NCBI GenBank assembly: GCA_003169735.1
Contig: PNAP01000042.1
Span: 23,612-87,611 of the forward strand
Direction: 5' to 3'
From: Chloroflexota bacterium
Lineage (GTDB): Bacteria; Chloroflexota; Limnocylindria; Limnocylindrales; CSP1-4
Length of the DNA: 64,000 nucleotides
Shown here: one piece after another, positions 39,390-57,015 of the stretch
Layout of the letters: each line of letters opens with the position of its first letter
How positions within the stretch are numbered: the first letter of the stretch is position 1
The notes under the pieces: model-generated
The model's database searches: none
Told to the model about the DNA's origin: nothing
The model's input: only the letters and a program-made list of their open reading frames with translations
Position numbers and translations under genes: made by a program

Positions 39390-40763
39390 TCAGGCGGCCT
39401 TCAGGCCCTGCGGGATGATCACCGTCCCGCCGGACAGGATCTGGATGGCCTTGTCGAGCTGCGGGTCCTGACCGGCCGGCGTGCCATCGGGGACGGGCAG
39501 AACGACATCCGGCGTGATGCCGACGCCGTGGATCCAGGTCTGCTTGGGGGTCAGCCACTTGGCGATCGAGAGTCGGAACCCGCCCGCGTCGCCGCCGTTC
39601 AGGAGTTGCCACTGCTGGATCGTGCCTTTGCCGTAGGTCTTGACCCCGACGAGGGTGGCGCGGCCGGTATCGTGGAGCGCCCCGGCGACGATCTCACTGG
39701 CGCTGGCGGAGCCGGCGTTGACCAGCAACACGAGCTTGATCGATGGGTCGGTGGCGATGCCGCCGGGCGTGGAATCGTGCTCCAGCAACTGGCCGGCGGC
39801 GTTCTCCTCCCAGTAGACCGGTCCGCTGGCGATGAACTCGCTGGCCACGCCGAGCGCCTGGTCGACGAATCCCCCCGGGTCGTCGCGCAGGTCCAGCACC
39901 AGCTCGTGGAGTCCCTCGGTGACGACCAGATCCTTGAGGTCGTCGGCGAAATCGCTGGCCACGCTGGCGCCGAAGCTGCTGATCTTGAGGTAGCCGATGC
40001 TGCCGTCGGCGATGACGTCGCTCGTGACATCCTCGGACTGGACGACGTCGCGGACGATGGTCATGGTCACCGGCTGACCGGCGCGTTGCAGGCCCAGCGT
40101 AACCGGCACGCCCTTCGGCCCACGGACCTTGGCCACCACGTCATCGAGGGTCATGCCGACGACGCTCGCCGAGTCGATGCTCAGCAGGATGTCGCCATCC
40201 TGGAGGCCCGCGGTGAGCGCCGGCGAGCGGCGCAGCACGTGCACAACGACGACCTGGCAGGTGGCGCTGACCGGAGTGCAGGCTGCACCGGTCGAGTCCT
40301 GGGCCGCCATCTCGGCACCGATGCCCTCGAACTCGCCCGAGACGCCGGCCAGGCTGGCCTTGTACTCATCGGAGGTCATGTAGGAAGAGAACGGGTCGCC
40401 GATGGCATCGAACATGCCCTTGATGGAGCCCTCGACGAGCTTCTCCTTGTCGTACGTGCCCACGTACTGCGTGGTGACCTTGTTCCACGCCTCCCAGAAC
40501 GGCTCGAACAGCTGCTGGTTCTCGGCCGCCGTGCCGGGCGTGATCGACTGTTGGACGCCGAGCGTGTAGCCGGAAACGAACAGCGCCGCCCCGGACAGCG
40601 AGGCGACGATGAAGATCGCAAGGTAGAGGGCCACGCGCGATCGCCCGCGGCGTGGGGCCGCCGGCGCGGAAGGCGCTGCGGTCGCCGGCGGTGCGTCGGC
40701 CGAGTCGGTCGTCACGACCGGCGCCAACGCCGGATCAGGAGTACTGGTCGAGGGGTCGGACAT
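39390..40763 (-). CDS. ctpA: S41 carboxyl-terminal processing protease
   Basis: DPFSSY, FEGIGA, PDZ, LDLRDDPGG, SASASEIVAGAL, GVKTYGKG, GITPD. Confidence 0.92.
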   Translation of the reverse strand: MSDPSTSTPDPALAPVVTTDSADAPPATAAPSAPAAPRRGRSRVALYLAIFIVASLSGAALFVSGYTLGVQQSITPGTAAENQQLFEPFWEAWNKVTTQYVGTYDKEKLVEGSIKGMFDAIGDPFSSYMTSDEYKASLAGVSGEFEGIGAEMAAQDSTGAACTPVSATCQVVVVHVLRRSPALTAGLQDGDILLSIDSASVVGMTLDDVVAKVRGPKGVPVTLGLQRAGQPVTMTIVRDVVQSEDVTSDVIADGSIGYLKISSFGASVASDFADDLKDLVVTEGLHELVLDLRDDPGGFVDQALGVASEFIASGPVYWEENAAGQLLEHDSTPGGIATDPSIKLVLLVNAGSASASEIVAGALHDTGRATLVGVKTYGKGTIQQWQLLNGGDAGGFRLSIAKWLTPKQTWIHGVGITPDVVLPVPDGTPAGQDPQLDKAIQILSGGTVIIPQGLKAA

Positions 40764-40905
40764 CGAAACGTCTCTCCGTGATGCGGGCGTGGGGACGGTC
40801 ATCGGGCGACGCCCGATCGACGGATGGTGGTCCGTGGGAATCTACGCGCCATCGGCGGGGATGGACGTCCACGTCGGCGAATCTTCACCGACCCGTGCCC
40901 GCCGA

Positions 40906-41796
40906 TCAGTTGCGAAGGTACGCCCGAACCGAGATCCAGGCGCCGATCCCACCCAGCCCGAGTCCGGCCCCGAAGACGACCGCGGCGATCTCGGAGGTGA
41001 GCTGCTGCCCGAAACCGACCGGTACCTGCCCGGCGATGGCGTTGGCGAGCTGACTGATCGGCCCCGAGGCCAGCGACAGCAGCCCGAGCGTCAAGAGCGC
41101 GCCGAAGAGCCCCACCAGCAGGCCCTCGAAGATGAACGGCCAGCGGACGAAGGAATCCGATGCGCCGACAAGGCGCATGATCTCGATCTCATCAGCGCGC
41201 GACATGAGCGCCATGCGGATGGTGTTGACGACGATGAGCAGGACGGTCATGCCGACGAGCACGACGATGATCAGCCCGACCGTCCGCAGCAGAGCGGTGA
41301 TGGAGATGAGCTGGTCCACGTTCGTGGCCTGGTCCGGGATGCGCGCTACGACCCCGTCCGGAGCCAGCAGTGTCGCCTTGACCGAGCCGAAATCCTTGGG
41401 GTCCTTGAGCTTGATGGCGAGCTGGTCCGGCAGCGGGTTCGAGCCGACGACGGTCGAAAGATCGGGTTGGCCGGCGGCGGCTTCCTGCGCGCGCAGGTCG
41501 GCCAAGGCCTGGTCCTTGCTGATGAAGGTGACGCTGGCAACCTCGGGTAACGCCGCGACCTGTGCCTCGAGGGTGGCCACGCGGCTCGGGTCGGCACCGT
41601 CATACAACTCGGCGCGGATCTCCACCTTCGATTCGACATACGACAGGCCGGCCTCCATGCCCGACAAGACGATGACCAGGCCGGCTAGCATCAGCAGCAT
41701 GAGGACCATCGTGACCATGGCCGCCAGGCTCATCACGCGGTTGCGCCAGAGACCCTGGAAGGCTCGCCGGATCGAGAAGGCGAGGAAACCGATCAC
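40906..41796 (-). CDS. ftsX: Cell division permease FtsX
   Basis: RNRVMS, NPLP, IVVNTIRM..RADEIEIMRLVGAS..PFIFEG. Confidence 0.93.
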   Translation of the reverse strand: MIGFLAFSIRRAFQGLWRNRVMSLAAMVTMVLMLLMLAGLVIVLSGMEAGLSYVESKVEIRAELYDGADPSRVATLEAQVAALPEVASVTFISKDQALADLRAQEAAAGQPDLSTVVGSNPLPDQLAIKLKDPKDFGSVKATLLAPDGVVARIPDQATNVDQLISITALLRTVGLIIVVLVGMTVLLIVVNTIRMALMSRADEIEIMRLVGASDSFVRWPFIFEGLLVGLFGALLTLGLLSLASGPISQLANAIAGQVPVGFGQQLTSEIAAVVFGAGLGLGGIGAWISVRAYLRN

Positions 41797-41805
41797 GGTC
41801 GGGGC

Positions 41806-42648
41806 TCAGTAATCACGGTGATACCCACCCACTTCGTCACGGACGACGTGGCCGTCCTCGAGCGCAACGACCCGCTTGCGCAGCGCCGTTACCACCTCGG
41901 CGTTGTGGGTGGCCATGAGCACGGTCGTGCCCATGTCATTGATGCGCAGCAGCAGCTGGATGATCTCCCAGCTGATGAGCGGATCGAGGTTGCCGGTCGG
42001 CTCGTCGGCGATGATGACGCGCGGGTCGTGGACCATCGCCCGGGCGATGGCCGTGCGCTGTTTCTCGCCGCCCGAGAGTTGCGAGGGCCGCTGCGCCGCC
42101 TGCTCGGTCAAGCCGACCAGCGCCAGTGCCCGCTCGACGGTCGCCGCGATGCGCTTGCGCGGCGTGCCCGTGACCTCCAGCGCGAACGCGACGTTCTCGC
42201 GAACCGTCTTGCGCGGTAGGAGCTTGAAATCCTGGAAGACGATGCCGATCTGGCGCCGCAGGCGGGGGATGTCGCGGCCGCGCAGGCTGGTCACCTCGAA
42301 ACCGGCGATGTAGACCTCGCCGTGGGTCGCGAGTTCATCACGGACGAGCAGCTTGATGAGCGTGCTCTTGCCGGCCCCGGACGGTCCGACGAGGAAGACG
42401 AAGTCGCCTTCGGGCACGGTCAGGTCGACATCCGACAGGGCGTTGCGGCCGTTGGGATAGACCTTGGTGACATCGTGGAGCGCGATCGAGATGCGCGGCG
42501 ACGACGCCGGTGCGGCGTCGCTCGGCGGGTTGGTCAGATCGGGCTCCGCGTCGTGCCATTCCGCCGCGGACGAGTCAAGCCCCGGCCGTGGCGCAAGTGC
42601 GGTCGCCGCCGCGAGCCGTCCAGTGACCGCCGCAAGTCGTCCGGTCAT
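41806..42648 (-). CDS. ftsE: Cell division ATPase FtsE (true start may be downstream)
   Basis: GPSGAGKST, IGIVFQDFKLL, LSGGEKQR, ADEPTGNLD; upstream of ftsX. Confidence 0.92.
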   Translation of the reverse strand: MTGRLAAVTGRLAAATALAPRPGLDSSAAEWHDAEPDLTNPPSDAAPASSPRISIALHDVTKVYPNGRNALSDVDLTVPEGDFVFLVGPSGAGKSTLIKLLVRDELATHGEVYIAGFEVTSLRGRDIPRLRRQIGIVFQDFKLLPRKTVRENVAFALEVTGTPRKRIAATVERALALVGLTEQAAQRPSQLSGGEKQRTAIARAMVHDPRVIIADEPTGNLDPLISWEIIQLLLRINDMGTTVLMATHNAEVVTALRKRVVALEDGHVVRDEVGGYHRDY

Positions 42649-42761
42649 TCCGCTGGGGCGGTCCGGGACCGGCCGTGCGTCCCATGTCGCATGGCCTCAC
42701 CGTAGCACAGGGTCCCGGTTCGGCACCTTCCGTGGGCCGTCAGGTGTCGGTCGCCGCGCGC

Positions 42762-43706
42762 TTAGACGATGGCGAAGTTGCCCGGCAGGTAGCGGCTGAA
42801 CGCCGGCCCTCCACCGGTGGCGCAGTAGAGCGCCGGCGGGCCATCGACGCGCAGGCCGGCGCGGAGCAGCGGCACGAGCGCCGCGCTCGGGCCGGGCACG
42901 AAGGCGAGCCACGCGTCGGGGACCGGGACGGAACTCATCAGATGCTCGATGGCCTCCGGGAGCCAGGCATCGGCGACGACCGCGACGGGACCGATGCGAC
43001 CTGATCGATGGACGTACCCGTAGCCTGCCACGCGGCCCTCGGCCGCCTCGCGGAATAGGTAACCCTGGCGGTCGATGGCGGTCCACAGGGCGTGGTCCTG
43101 TTGATGCGCATAGCCGACTGCGTCGCGATCGACCGCGTCGATCTCGTCCGCCAACGCGTCGGCGCCGGCGGCCACGAGCTCAGCGAACGGGACTGCCACG
43201 AGGCGAGGTTCCGGCGGTGGCGTTCGGTCCGGCTTCAACTCACCGGTCAACGCATAGATCGGTACGCTCGGGAGCATCCCGAAGTCGGCATACAAGGCGG
43301 TCGAGACCGGCTGGATGGCTTCGATGCAGACGGCAAGTGCGACCGGCCGCTGCTGCGCGGAGGCAATAGGTCCGCCGCGCAGACAGGCCTCGAGCATCCG
43401 CCGACCGATCCGCTGACCCTGATGCCCGGGTCGGACGAAGAGGAAGGCCAGGAACCAGGTCCCGCCCCGTCGATGCGCCTGCCCGAAGCCGACGATCCCG
43501 CCGCTGCCATCGTCGGCCACGAAGCTGAGCTCCGGATCCGTGCGGAGGAGGTGCTCGACGAGGCGAGTCAGGCCGGCCGGGTTGCGCGGCATGATGGGCT
43601 GGCCCGTGCGCGCGTTGAGCTCTTCGGACGCCTCGTAGAAGACGTCGACGCAGGAGAGCACGTCGCCCAGGCGAGCGGGACGCAGCCGAACCTCGGGAGT
43701 GCCCAC
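42762..43706 (-). CDS. GNAT-family N-acetyltransferase (tandem domain)
   Basis: LFVRPGHQGQRIGRRML acetyl-CoA motif. Confidence 0.8.
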   Translation of the reverse strand: MGTPEVRLRPARLGDVLSCVDVFYEASEELNARTGQPIMPRNPAGLTRLVEHLLRTDPELSFVADDGSGGIVGFGQAHRRGGTWFLAFLFVRPGHQGQRIGRRMLEACLRGGPIASAQQRPVALAVCIEAIQPVSTALYADFGMLPSVPIYALTGELKPDRTPPPEPRLVAVPFAELVAAGADALADEIDAVDRDAVGYAHQQDHALWTAIDRQGYLFREAAEGRVAGYGYVHRSGRIGPVAVVADAWLPEAIEHLMSSVPVPDAWLAFVPGPSAALVPLLRAGLRVDGPPALYCATGGGPAFSRYLPGNFAIV

Positions 43707-43709
43707 CCC

Positions 43710-44817
43710 TCAGGCCGCTTCGGCGCCCTGGTCGGTCGCCACGCGCTCCAGCTCGGCGAGCATGAAACGGTCGAGGTCGCCGTCGAGGACGCCGCCGGTG
43801 TCGCTCGTCTCGAACTCGGTGCGATGGTCCTTGACCATCTGATAGGGATGCAGGACGTAGGAGCGGATCTGGTTGCCCCAGCCCGCCTCCACGTGGGCGC
43901 CTTTGAGCTCATTGCGCGCCTTCTCGCGCTCGACGATGCGCCGTTCCAGCATTCGCGCCTTCAGGATCTTCATCGCCAGCTCGCGGTTCTGGTGCTGCGA
44001 ACGCTCGTTCTGGCTCTGCGCCACGATGCCGGTCGGCAGGTGGGTGATGCGCACCGCGGAGTCGGTCTTGTTGACGTGCTGCCCGCCCGCACCCTGGGCG
44101 CGGAACGTGTCGATCTTGAGTTCGTCGTCGGGGATCTCGCCGATCTCGACATCGTCTTCGACCTCCGGCAGGACCTCGATGAGGGCGAAGGTCGTGTGGC
44201 GACGCTTCTGCGCGTCGAACGGGCTGATGCGGACAAGTCGATGGACGCCACGCTCGGCACGCAGGTAGCCGTAGGCGCACCGACCTTCGATGGCCACAGT
44301 GACGCTCTTGAGGCCGCCGCCCTCGCCCTCGAGCTGGTCGAGGACCTCGGTGCCGAAGCGGTGGCGTTCCGCCCAGCGCAGGTACATGCGCAGCAGCATC
44401 TCGGCCCAATCCGTCGCCTCGTTGCCGCCGGCGCCGGCCGAGATGGTCAGGATGGCGGCCCGCTCGTCGTACTCGCCATTGAAGAGCAGCGCCGTGCGCA
44501 GCGCCTCGTAGGCCGCCTTGAGCGCCGCGTATTCGGCTTCGACGCCGGATTCCATGTCGGGATCGGTCGAGGCCATGTCGGCAAGTTCGGCCAGGTCGTC
44601 GGCGCGACGCTCGATCGCGCGCCATGCGGTCAGGTCTTCGCGCAGCGCCTCGGCTTCGCGGAGGACGCGTTTCGCGGCCGTTGGGTCTTCCCAGAGATCA
44701 GGCGCGGCGGCCTGCTCATCGAGCGCGCGGAGGCGCTCCTGCTTGCCGTCGAGGTCAAAGCCTCCCCGAGGTCGCGTGGATCCGGCTGACGAGATCGCGG
44801 ATGGCGGCTGGTTCCAT
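43710..44817 (-). CDS. prfB: Peptide chain release factor 2 with programmed +1 frameshift at 44754-44760
   Basis: 20-codon ORF ending GGGGAGG-CTT-TGA-C; the +1 frame continues to SPF and GGQ motifs. Confidence 0.95.
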
Positions 44818-44821
44818 CTTG

Positions 44822-45121
44822 TTACCTCGCGCGGATGTCCTGGAGCAGGATCGGCCGAAGTTCAAGGATCTTCAACGCGGTCTTGCTCCGTGCGACGACG
44901 GGGTTGACGCAGGGGCAGTACGAATTATGGGGGCACGGCGCGCAATCGCCATCGCAGTCCAACCAGGCGGCATAACTGCAGGTACGGCAGTCACGTTCGC
45001 AGGCGATCAGGTCGACCACCGACACATCCCCAACCTCCGCGTCGGTCACCGCGGGGCTCGGCTTCACGGGCAACCTCTCTCCCTCGCAGACCCGAGCGAT
45101 GGGCAACGATCGCTCGGTCAT
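44822..45121 (-). CDS. Small Cys-rich protein with two CxxxCxxC motifs
   Basis: CERDCRTC and CDGDCAPC plus CPC; stop 4 nt before the prfB ATG. Confidence 0.6.
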   Translation of the reverse strand: MTERSLPIARVCEGERLPVKPSPAVTDAEVGDVSVVDLIACERDCRTCSYAAWLDCDGDCAPCPHNSYCPCVNPVVARSKTALKILELRPILLQDIRAR

Positions 45122-45238
45122 ATGACGACGCCGGAGGGTCAACTCCGGCGGGTTGTCGCGAGTGTAGCGAGGCATGTGCCGCGGCTCAAGAGGGAATTCT
45201 GAGAATCCTCATCGCAGGACGCCGGAGGCCGCCGTGGC

Positions 45239-48250
<3,012 letters not shown>

Positions 48251-48304
48251 GGGACGGAAAGTATAGGCGGGCAGGTACGGCCGACCCGAGCAGGCCGGTC
48301 GCCT

Positions 48305-48532
48305 CTAGCGCCAGAAGCCCGATCCGTACCCCAGCAGCAGGACGACGAAGGTGGCCGCGGCGAGGCCCGCGAAGAAGAGGATGGCCGCGAGAGGGGTCGT
48401 CTTCTTGACGTCCGGGTTCTCGATCGGCGCGGGATCCCAGCGTCGCGAGCGAAGGCGGCTGCGCCAGTTGCGCGCCTCGACGCGGCTCGGCTCGAGGCCA
48501 TTCGGCGTCGGTTCGTAGAGCTTCAGGGTCAT
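48305..48532 (-). CDS. Small membrane protein
   Basis: 75-aa ORF with a C-terminal TM helix, starting 2 nt after the prs stop. Confidence 0.6.
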   Translation of the reverse strand: MTLKLYEPTPNGLEPSRVEARNWRSRLRSRRWDPAPIENPDVKKTTPLAAILFFAGLAAATFVVLLLGYGSGFWR

Positions 48533-48534
48533 CG

Positions 48535-49584
48535 TCAGGCCGCCTCTCCGTCGTGGTCCCAGAGGAGCATCTCCTGGACCAGTTTCATCTCGCTGGAAAA
48601 GAGCGCCCCGACCGATTCGCCACCGTGGATGCGCCGGATGGCCTCACCGATGAGCGGTGCCACGGTCAGGACCTTGACGCGCGGCAGGTGTTTGGCCGCG
48701 CTCAACGGGATGGTGTCGGTGATGACCACCTCGGCCAGTGCGCTCTCGCTGATGCGCTCGATGGCGGGGCTGGAGAGGACGCCGTGAGTGGCGCAGGCGT
48801 AGATCTCGTGGACACCCTCGCGCTCCAGCGCGCGGACCGTCTCGAGCAGCGTGCTGCCGGTATCGATCTCGTCGTCGACCACGATGGCGCGGCGGCCGCG
48901 CACTTCGCCGATGACGTTGAGCAGCTCGGCCCGGTCGGAGTTGCCGACGCGCCGCTTCTCGATGATCGCCAGCGGCGCATCCAGGAGTTCGGCGAACGCC
49001 CGCGCGCGCTTTGCGAAACCGAGGTCGGTGACGACGACGAGATCCTGGATCTGCTTCTGGACGAAGTATTCGCTCAGCAGGTTGACCGCGGTCAGCTCGT
49101 CGACGGGGATGTTGAAGAAGCCCTGGATCTGACCCTGGTGAAGGTCCATGGTCAGCACGCGATCGGCGCCGGCGACACTGATCATGTCGGCGATCAACCG
49201 GGCAGTGATGGGCACGCGCGGCTGGTCCTTCTTGTCAGAGCGGCCGTAGGCGTAATACGGCACGACGGCCGTGATGCGTCCCGCGCTGGCGCGCTTGAAG
49301 GCGTCGATCATGATCAGCAGCTCCATGATCGACTTCTGGACGGGCGAGCAGGTCGGCTGGACGAGGAAGACGTCGCGCTCGCGGACGTTGTCCAGGATCT
49401 TGACGAAGATGTTCTCGTTGGCGAATTCGAAGACCTCGCAGCGGCCGAGGGTCGTGCCGAGGTAGGCCGCGATCTTGCCGGCCAGGTCCGGGTTGGCATT
49501 GCCCGTGTAGAGGCAGATGCTCTCGTTCTCGCGACCGGGCTCCCGTGCGCCGAAGGCGTTCACGTCAGGCGCCGTCGACTGCAT
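48535..49584 (-). CDS. prs: Ribose-phosphate pyrophosphokinase
   Basis: MELLIMIDAFKRASA, PYYAYGRSDKK, DLHQGQIQGFF, VDDEIDTGST, ATHGVLS. Confidence 0.95.
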   Translation of the reverse strand: MQSTAPDVNAFGAREPGRENESICLYTGNANPDLAGKIAAYLGTTLGRCEVFEFANENIFVKILDNVRERDVFLVQPTCSPVQKSIMELLIMIDAFKRASAGRITAVVPYYAYGRSDKKDQPRVPITARLIADMISVAGADRVLTMDLHQGQIQGFFNIPVDELTAVNLLSEYFVQKQIQDLVVVTDLGFAKRARAFAELLDAPLAIIEKRRVGNSDRAELLNVIGEVRGRRAIVVDDEIDTGSTLLETVRALEREGVHEIYACATHGVLSSPAIERISESALAEVVITDTIPLSAAKHLPRVKVLTVAPLIGEAIRRIHGGESVGALFSSEMKLVQEMLLWDHDGEAA

Positions 49585-49587
49585 GGG

Positions 49588-52145
49588 TCAACTGGGAGAT
49601 CCTCCGTTCCCGTCCTCGCCCGCTCCGTCCGGGTCGTCATTGTGGTCCATCGACCGCTGCTCCGCCAGTCCCACGCGGAAGACCGCGATGCCCGCCACCT
49701 CGTCGCCCTGGTTGAGGCGCATGACGATGACGCCGCGTGCCTGTGAGCCGTAGCGGTTGACACTCTTCACGTCGGTGCGCACGACCTGCCCCTCGGAGCT
49801 GATGAGCAGCAATTCCTCGTCCTGCTCCGACACCAGCTGCACGGCGGCCACTCGGCCGGTCTTGGTGCCCTCGAGGGAGATGAGGCGGACGCCCTGGCTG
49901 CCGCGATGCATCGTCCGGAACTCGGCGTTGGCCACGCGCTTACCGTAGCCCGTCTCCGTCAAGACGAGGATGTCGTCGTCCGGCGACAGGACGCCCATGC
50001 CGACGACCTGGTCATTGGCTCGGGCGAGGCGGATGCCGATGACCCCGGCCGCGTCGCGGCCCATCGGCCGCACCTCGGCCTCGTTGAACCGCGCGATGCG
50101 GCCGAGGGCGGTGGCCAGGATGACGTCGTCGCGGCCGGACGAGACGGCGACCCAGGTCAGGGCATCGTCCTCGGAGACGGTGATGGCGCGGATGCCGGTG
50201 CTGCGGACCTTCTCGAACTGCTCGATGGGCGACTTCTTGATGACACCGCGCCGGGTCGCCATGACCAGGTTCTGGCCCTTCTCGAAGTCGGGCAGCGTGA
50301 TCACGGCCAGGACGCGCTCGCCCGACTCGACTTGGACGCCTTCGAGGTTGATGATCGGGATGCCCTTGGCCTGGCGGCTGGCGTCCGGCACCTGGTGGAC
50401 CTTCGAACTGAAGACACGCCCGCGATTGGTGAAGAACAGCACCCAGTCGTGGGTGTTGGCGACCAGGAGATGGGCGACGGCGTCTTCCTCGACCGTCCTC
50501 GCGCCGATGATGCCCTTGCCGCCGCGCGCCTGGCGACGGTACGTGACCAGCGGCTGGCGCTTGATGTATCCGCGCCCCGAGACGGTGACGACGACGTCCT
50601 CGTCGGCGATGAGATCCTCGTCCGAGAGGTCGCGCGAGGCGTCCTCGGCGATGCGCGTGCGCCGAACGCCGGCGTACTTGCGGTCCAATTCGCCGAGCTC
50701 GTCGGCGATGATGCGCGACACGCGGCTCGGGTTGGCGAGGATGTCCTCGAGCTCGGCGATGAGGTGGATGACGGCGAGGTACTCGTCCTCGATCTTCTTG
50801 CGCTCGAGCGCCGCCAGGCGCCGGAGCTGCATCTCGAGGATGGCGTTGGCCTGGATCTCGCTGAGCGTGAAACGCTCGATGAGGTTGGTCCGGGCGGTGT
50901 CGACATCGGCCGATTCGCGGATCGTCTTGATGACCGCGTCGAGATTGTCGAGGGCGATCTTGAGGCCTTCGAGGATGTGCGCCCGGTCCTTCGCCTTCTG
51001 AAGGTCGAACTCGGTGCGCCGACGGACGACGATCCGCCGCCAATCGATGTGGTGCTGGAGGATCGCCTTGAGCGGCAGCGTCTGCGGCTGGCCGTCGACC
51101 AGCGCGACCATGTTGGCGTTGAACGCGAGTTGGAGGGGCGTGTGCTTGAAGAGGTTGTTGAGGACCTTGTGCGGGTTCGCGTCGCGTTTGCACTCGATGT
51201 TGATGCGCATGCCGTCGCGATCCGATTCATCGCGCAGGTCGGCGATGCCCTCGATCTTGCCCGTCTTGACGAGGTCGGCGATCTTCTCGAGCAGCGTCGC
51301 CTTGTTGACCTGATAGGGCAGCTCGGTGACGATGATCGCCATCCGACCGTTGCGCGTCTCCTCGAAGGCGCACTGGGCGCGCATCACCACGCGGCCGCGA
51401 CCGTGGGCGTAGAGGTCGCGGATGGCGTCGATCTGCTCCCATTGGCCGGTGAACGAGTTGCGCCGGCGATCGAAGCGGAAGACGGTCGCCGCGGTCGGGA
51501 AGTCGGGGCCCTGCACGATGTCAGCGAGCTGGTCGTTGGTCAGGTCCGGGTCGTCGATGAGCGCCACCGTCGCCTTGGCGATCTCGCCGAGGTGGTGCGG
51601 CGGGATGTTGGTGGCCATGCCAACGGCGATTCCCGACGAACCGTTGATGAGCAGGTTGGGGAGCTTCGCCGGCAACACCGATGGCTGCATGCGTGTCCCG
51701 TCGTAGTTCTCGACGAAGTCGACGGTGTCCTTGTCGATGTCGGCGAGCAACTCCGCGGCGATGGCGGTCATGCGCGCTTCCGTGTAGCGCATCGCGGCCG
51801 GCGGATCGCCATCGACCGAGCCGAAGTTGCCCTGCCCATCGACGAGCTGGTAGCGCAGCGAGAAGTCCTGGGCGAGGCGCACGAGCGCGTCGTAGAGCGA
51901 GAGGTCGCCGTGCGGGTGGTACTTGCCCATCACTTCGCCGACGATGGCGGCGCACTTGCGATACGAGGCCGTCGAGGTGAGGCCCATCTCGTTCATCGTG
52001 TAGAGGATCCGGCGATGGACCGGCTTGAGGCCGTCGCGTACGTCGGGCAGCGCGCGGCTGACGATGACGCTCATGGCGTAGTCGAGGTAGGCGCTCCGGA
52101 GCTCTTCTTCGATGGGCACGCGCAGCACGCGCTGCGGATCGTCGG

Positions 52146-52149
<4 letters not shown>
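49588..52149 (-). CDS. gyrA: DNA gyrase subunit A
   Basis: [34 protein letters not shown], GyrA-box QARGGKG. Confidence 0.98.
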
Positions 52150-55978
<3,829 letters not shown>

Positions 55979-55982
<4 letters not shown>

Positions 55983-56788
55983 TGGGATGTTACCCACGCC
56001 GGGGTCGGTGCCGGGCTGGTGCCGCGTCCATCACGGACGAGCAGCTCGCCGCAGAGGTCGCGGTACGCACGAGCACCCCGCGAGTCCGGGCTGTAGAGGG
56101 CGATCGGGCGTCCATAGCCCGGAGCCTCGGCGAGTCGGATACTGCGCGGCACGACCGTCTGGTAGACCAGGTCGCCGAGATGGCGCCGCACTTCGCTGGT
56201 CACTTCGGCGGCGAGGGTCGTGCGTCCGTCAAACATGGTCAGCACCACGCCTTTGACCAGGAGATCGGGGTTCAGGTTGTCGCGGACGAGATCGATGGTC
56301 GACATCAGCTGGGTGAGACCTTCCAGGGCGTAGTACTCGCATTGGATCGGGATCAGGACGGTATCGGCGGCGGTCAGGGCGTTGACGGTGAGCAGGCCGA
56401 GTGACGGCGGGCAATCGAGGAGGGCGTAGTCATACGTTGCGACGGCTGGTCGAAGCGCGCGCTCGAGGCGACGTTCGCGGTCAACGACAGGGACGAGTTC
56501 GACCTCGATCCCAGCCAGATCGCGCTCGGCTGGAATGAGCCAGAGGCCGGACACCGCGGTGGGCACCACGAGTTCATCGATGCTCTTCACGCTCGTGAGG
56601 AGGTCGTACGTCGAGCCACTCAGGTGCTCGCGATCGACCCCGAAACCGCTCGTCGCGTTGCCCTGGGGGTCAAGGTCGACGACGAGCACCCGCAGCCCAG
56701 CCAAGGCAAGGTAGGTTGCGAGGCTGACTACAGTCGTGGTCTTGCCGACGCCACCTTTTTGGTTCGCACAGGCGATGATCTCGCCCAC
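55979..56788 (-). CDS. parA: Chromosome partition ATPase ParA/Soj
   Basis: NQKGGVGKTTT, DLDPQGNAT, DCPPSLG, QCEYYALEG, LAEAPG. Confidence 0.97.
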
Positions 56789-56947
56789 TCAAGCGCCGGA
56801 CCGGTTCGTTTCCACGTTCACTGATTCTATCCGACTCGGGCTCCCGCCGCGTTCTCTCATGAGACCGGTGGGGAGTCCTCGGAAGCTTGACGAGCGGCCC
56901 TTATCGGCCACTTACGCCTCCGGCGCGCCGCCTCGCCGAGGCACCGA

Positions 56948-56975
56948 TGTTTCACGTGTTACCTTACGGTGAAAC
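56948..56975. promoter_or_regulatory. parS-like site(s)
   Basis: TGTTTCACGTGTTACC (56948-56963), 13/16 match to TGTTTCACGTGAAACA, plus a GTGAAAC half-site at 56969-56975; upstream of parA. Confidence 0.6.
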
Positions 56976-57015
56976 CACGGTCAGCGACCATTCTTCCTGA
57001 AGGATCTGACTCGCA

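Noticed and set aside
42606-42648. Imperfect 21-nt tandem repeat at the annotated ftsE start (TGRLAAV x2)
   Set aside because: Only two degenerate copies in GC-rich sequence; cannot support a function.
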